Below, in pieces: positions 62,487 to 64,000 of a stretch of DNA of 64,000 nucleotides. Made by a program: the position numbers and the translations under genes. A model generated the notes under the pieces. That model saw only the letters and a list, made by a program, of their open reading frames with translations. It had not been told where the DNA came from and ran no database searches. This stretch comes from Lingula anatina (Eukaryota; Animalia; Brachiopoda), in the NCBI GenBank assembly GCA_051362555.1, contig CM120644.1:23086534-23150533 (forward strand), written 5' to 3'. Numbering within the stretch: position 1 is the stretch's first letter; each line of letters begins with the position of its first letter.

Positions 62487-63698
62487 AAAAAGGGGGGGGG
62501 GATAATACGATTCTTAGTCTATAGATTCTACAATTCGAATGCGCACATTCATTTTAAGTAGCATACTAATTTCCAGTGTTGTTCCTTTGTAAGTTCCTTA
62601 TTTGAACGATGCAATACGTCTTTATTTGCAAATCGTTTCTGTAAGTTTTTGCACGACACTCCTGACTTGCCTCAGGTAAATATATGTACGTTGACTCTTG
62701 TAAATAAAGGAAAGACACTTTACTGATAGCAACAAGTAGTAAATCAAATTGTTATATTTGCAATTGGTCTATTTCTAAATATTATGCTTTTTCAGAAACT
62801 ACAGAAATCCCCAATTTGACGACGGAAGGTTATGTCGGTGAGTAAATCCTTCATTGTTTCCTTTGTTTCGCTGGTTAGGTTTTTATTTTGATTAATCAAG
62901 AAGTTATAACTTCTTGGATTAATAAATGTACAGCATGATTGTTAGCATTGCATTTTATATTTTATATTTTACTTTTTTTAATGAATATCTCATAACATAT
63001 TGCATTTCTGTACTATTTCCAATATCTTACAGGAGTGCGTTTAGTTGGTGGAAACAGTTACCGGGAAGGGCGAGTAATGGTCTACTACGACGGACGCTGG
63101 GGAACGATATGTGACCACGAGTTTGATGATAATGATGCTCGAGTTGTATGCCGCATGCTTGGACACGGGTATTTTTTACATCTGAAGCATCGTTAATGTC
63201 TGTATTCTTGATATCTAACAATCGTTTTTTTTTTTTTATTTTATTTTTATTTTTATTTTTTTATGAAAGTCCATCTGTGTTGCAGTGTTGCTCGTAATGT
63301 TGTGATTGAAAACTGTTCAGTTGAGTTGAAATGTGTTGGAGCGATAGCTCTCAGGTACGCATTCAGCTCATTGTGTAGAACTTGAACAGTTTTAAATTTC
63401 ATCATTATGGAATAACACATCATCTTATAATAAAATAACCTTACTTTGATTAACCAATATCTGTATCCATCCTTTTCTAGTGACCGATACGCCAAAGCTT
63501 ATGGCGGCGCCTGTTTTGGTGAAGGTAGCGGCATGATCTGGCTGAATCACCTGCACTGTCAAGGGACTGAATCCTCCTTAGCTCAGTGCTATAAGCGATA
63601 CGGCTGGGGTAATTCCCACTGTTCACATAGCGAGGACGTCGGGGTATCTTGTGGCTTTTCATACAGACGCTCCTGTACCAACTACAATTATACTACGA
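56935..63698 (+). CDS. Gene 2: tandem paralog (SRCR-containing), 5' part only; exons 56935-56989, 62796-62837, 63033-63168, 63481-63698
   Basis: Signal peptide MMQTTFFLIVVILLSGQA, spacer ETTEIPNLTTEGYV, then an intact SRCR nearly identical to gene 1 SRCR 2/4; presumably continues past the window end. Confidence 0.82.
58489..58745. mobile_element. Palindromic 257-bp PIF/Harbinger-type MITE, copy 2
   Basis: Near-identical to 26875-27131; TTA/TAA flanks. Confidence 0.85.
61850..62060. repeat. Degenerate about 45-bp tandem repeats (ATTTGATCGGAAAAGGGTTATAA)
   Basis: Four to five copies; resemble transposon subterminal repeats. Confidence 0.65.
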
Positions 63699-64000
63699 GT
63701 AAGTGAACGTAACGTTTCTGATTTTTGACTTGTAAAAAGTACTACTGGGTTTGAATTTAGAGACCAGGAACTCGATTCCTACCACTAAAGAGCTTTATTG
63801 TGAAGCAGGCACACTGTATTTTCCCCACTATGGGTTCTTTTTCTTTTACCTGGACCTTACTATTCTTGTCCGGTTTGTTATCATCACCTTAATTTTCACT
63901 TTTTTGTAAACGTTGAAGCAACACTTTATATTACCTGTATTGTAGAGTTTTTTTTTTTTTTTTTTTTTTTGACTCCACAGTAAGAGATGCGGATACTAAC

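Overview
AT-rich, microsatellite- and transposon-rich animal genomic DNA. It looks like an invertebrate, probably a mollusc or other lophotrochozoan, but that is inference. The ORF track misses the main content. Manual splicing gives one complete + strand gene of about 59 exons (ATG 6894 to TGA 54321, about 2025 aa, or about 2083 aa with two optional exon extensions). It encodes a DMBT1/uromodulin-like mosaic protein: signal peptide, 4-Cys LDLa, 13 Tyr-rich EGF domains, 3 four-Cys mini-EGF domains and 5 SRCR domains, separated by Thr/Glu-rich microexon spacers, then a ZP domain, furin site, TM helix and short tail. Every extracellular module is a phase-1/phase-1 cassette. A tandem paralog starts at 56935 with a duplicated promoter region but lacks the LDLa exon and the first about 28 kb of modules, and it runs off the window end. 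Introns hold many DNA transposons. These include a 6.6-kb Tc1/IS630-type element carrying a BEN-domain ORF, a 3.6-4.2 kb inverted repeat bracketing four exons, a Kolobok-type inverted pair, several MITEs and SINEs. No rRNA, intact tRNA or CRISPR array was seen. All coordinates were read by eye, and splicing is predicted, not observed.
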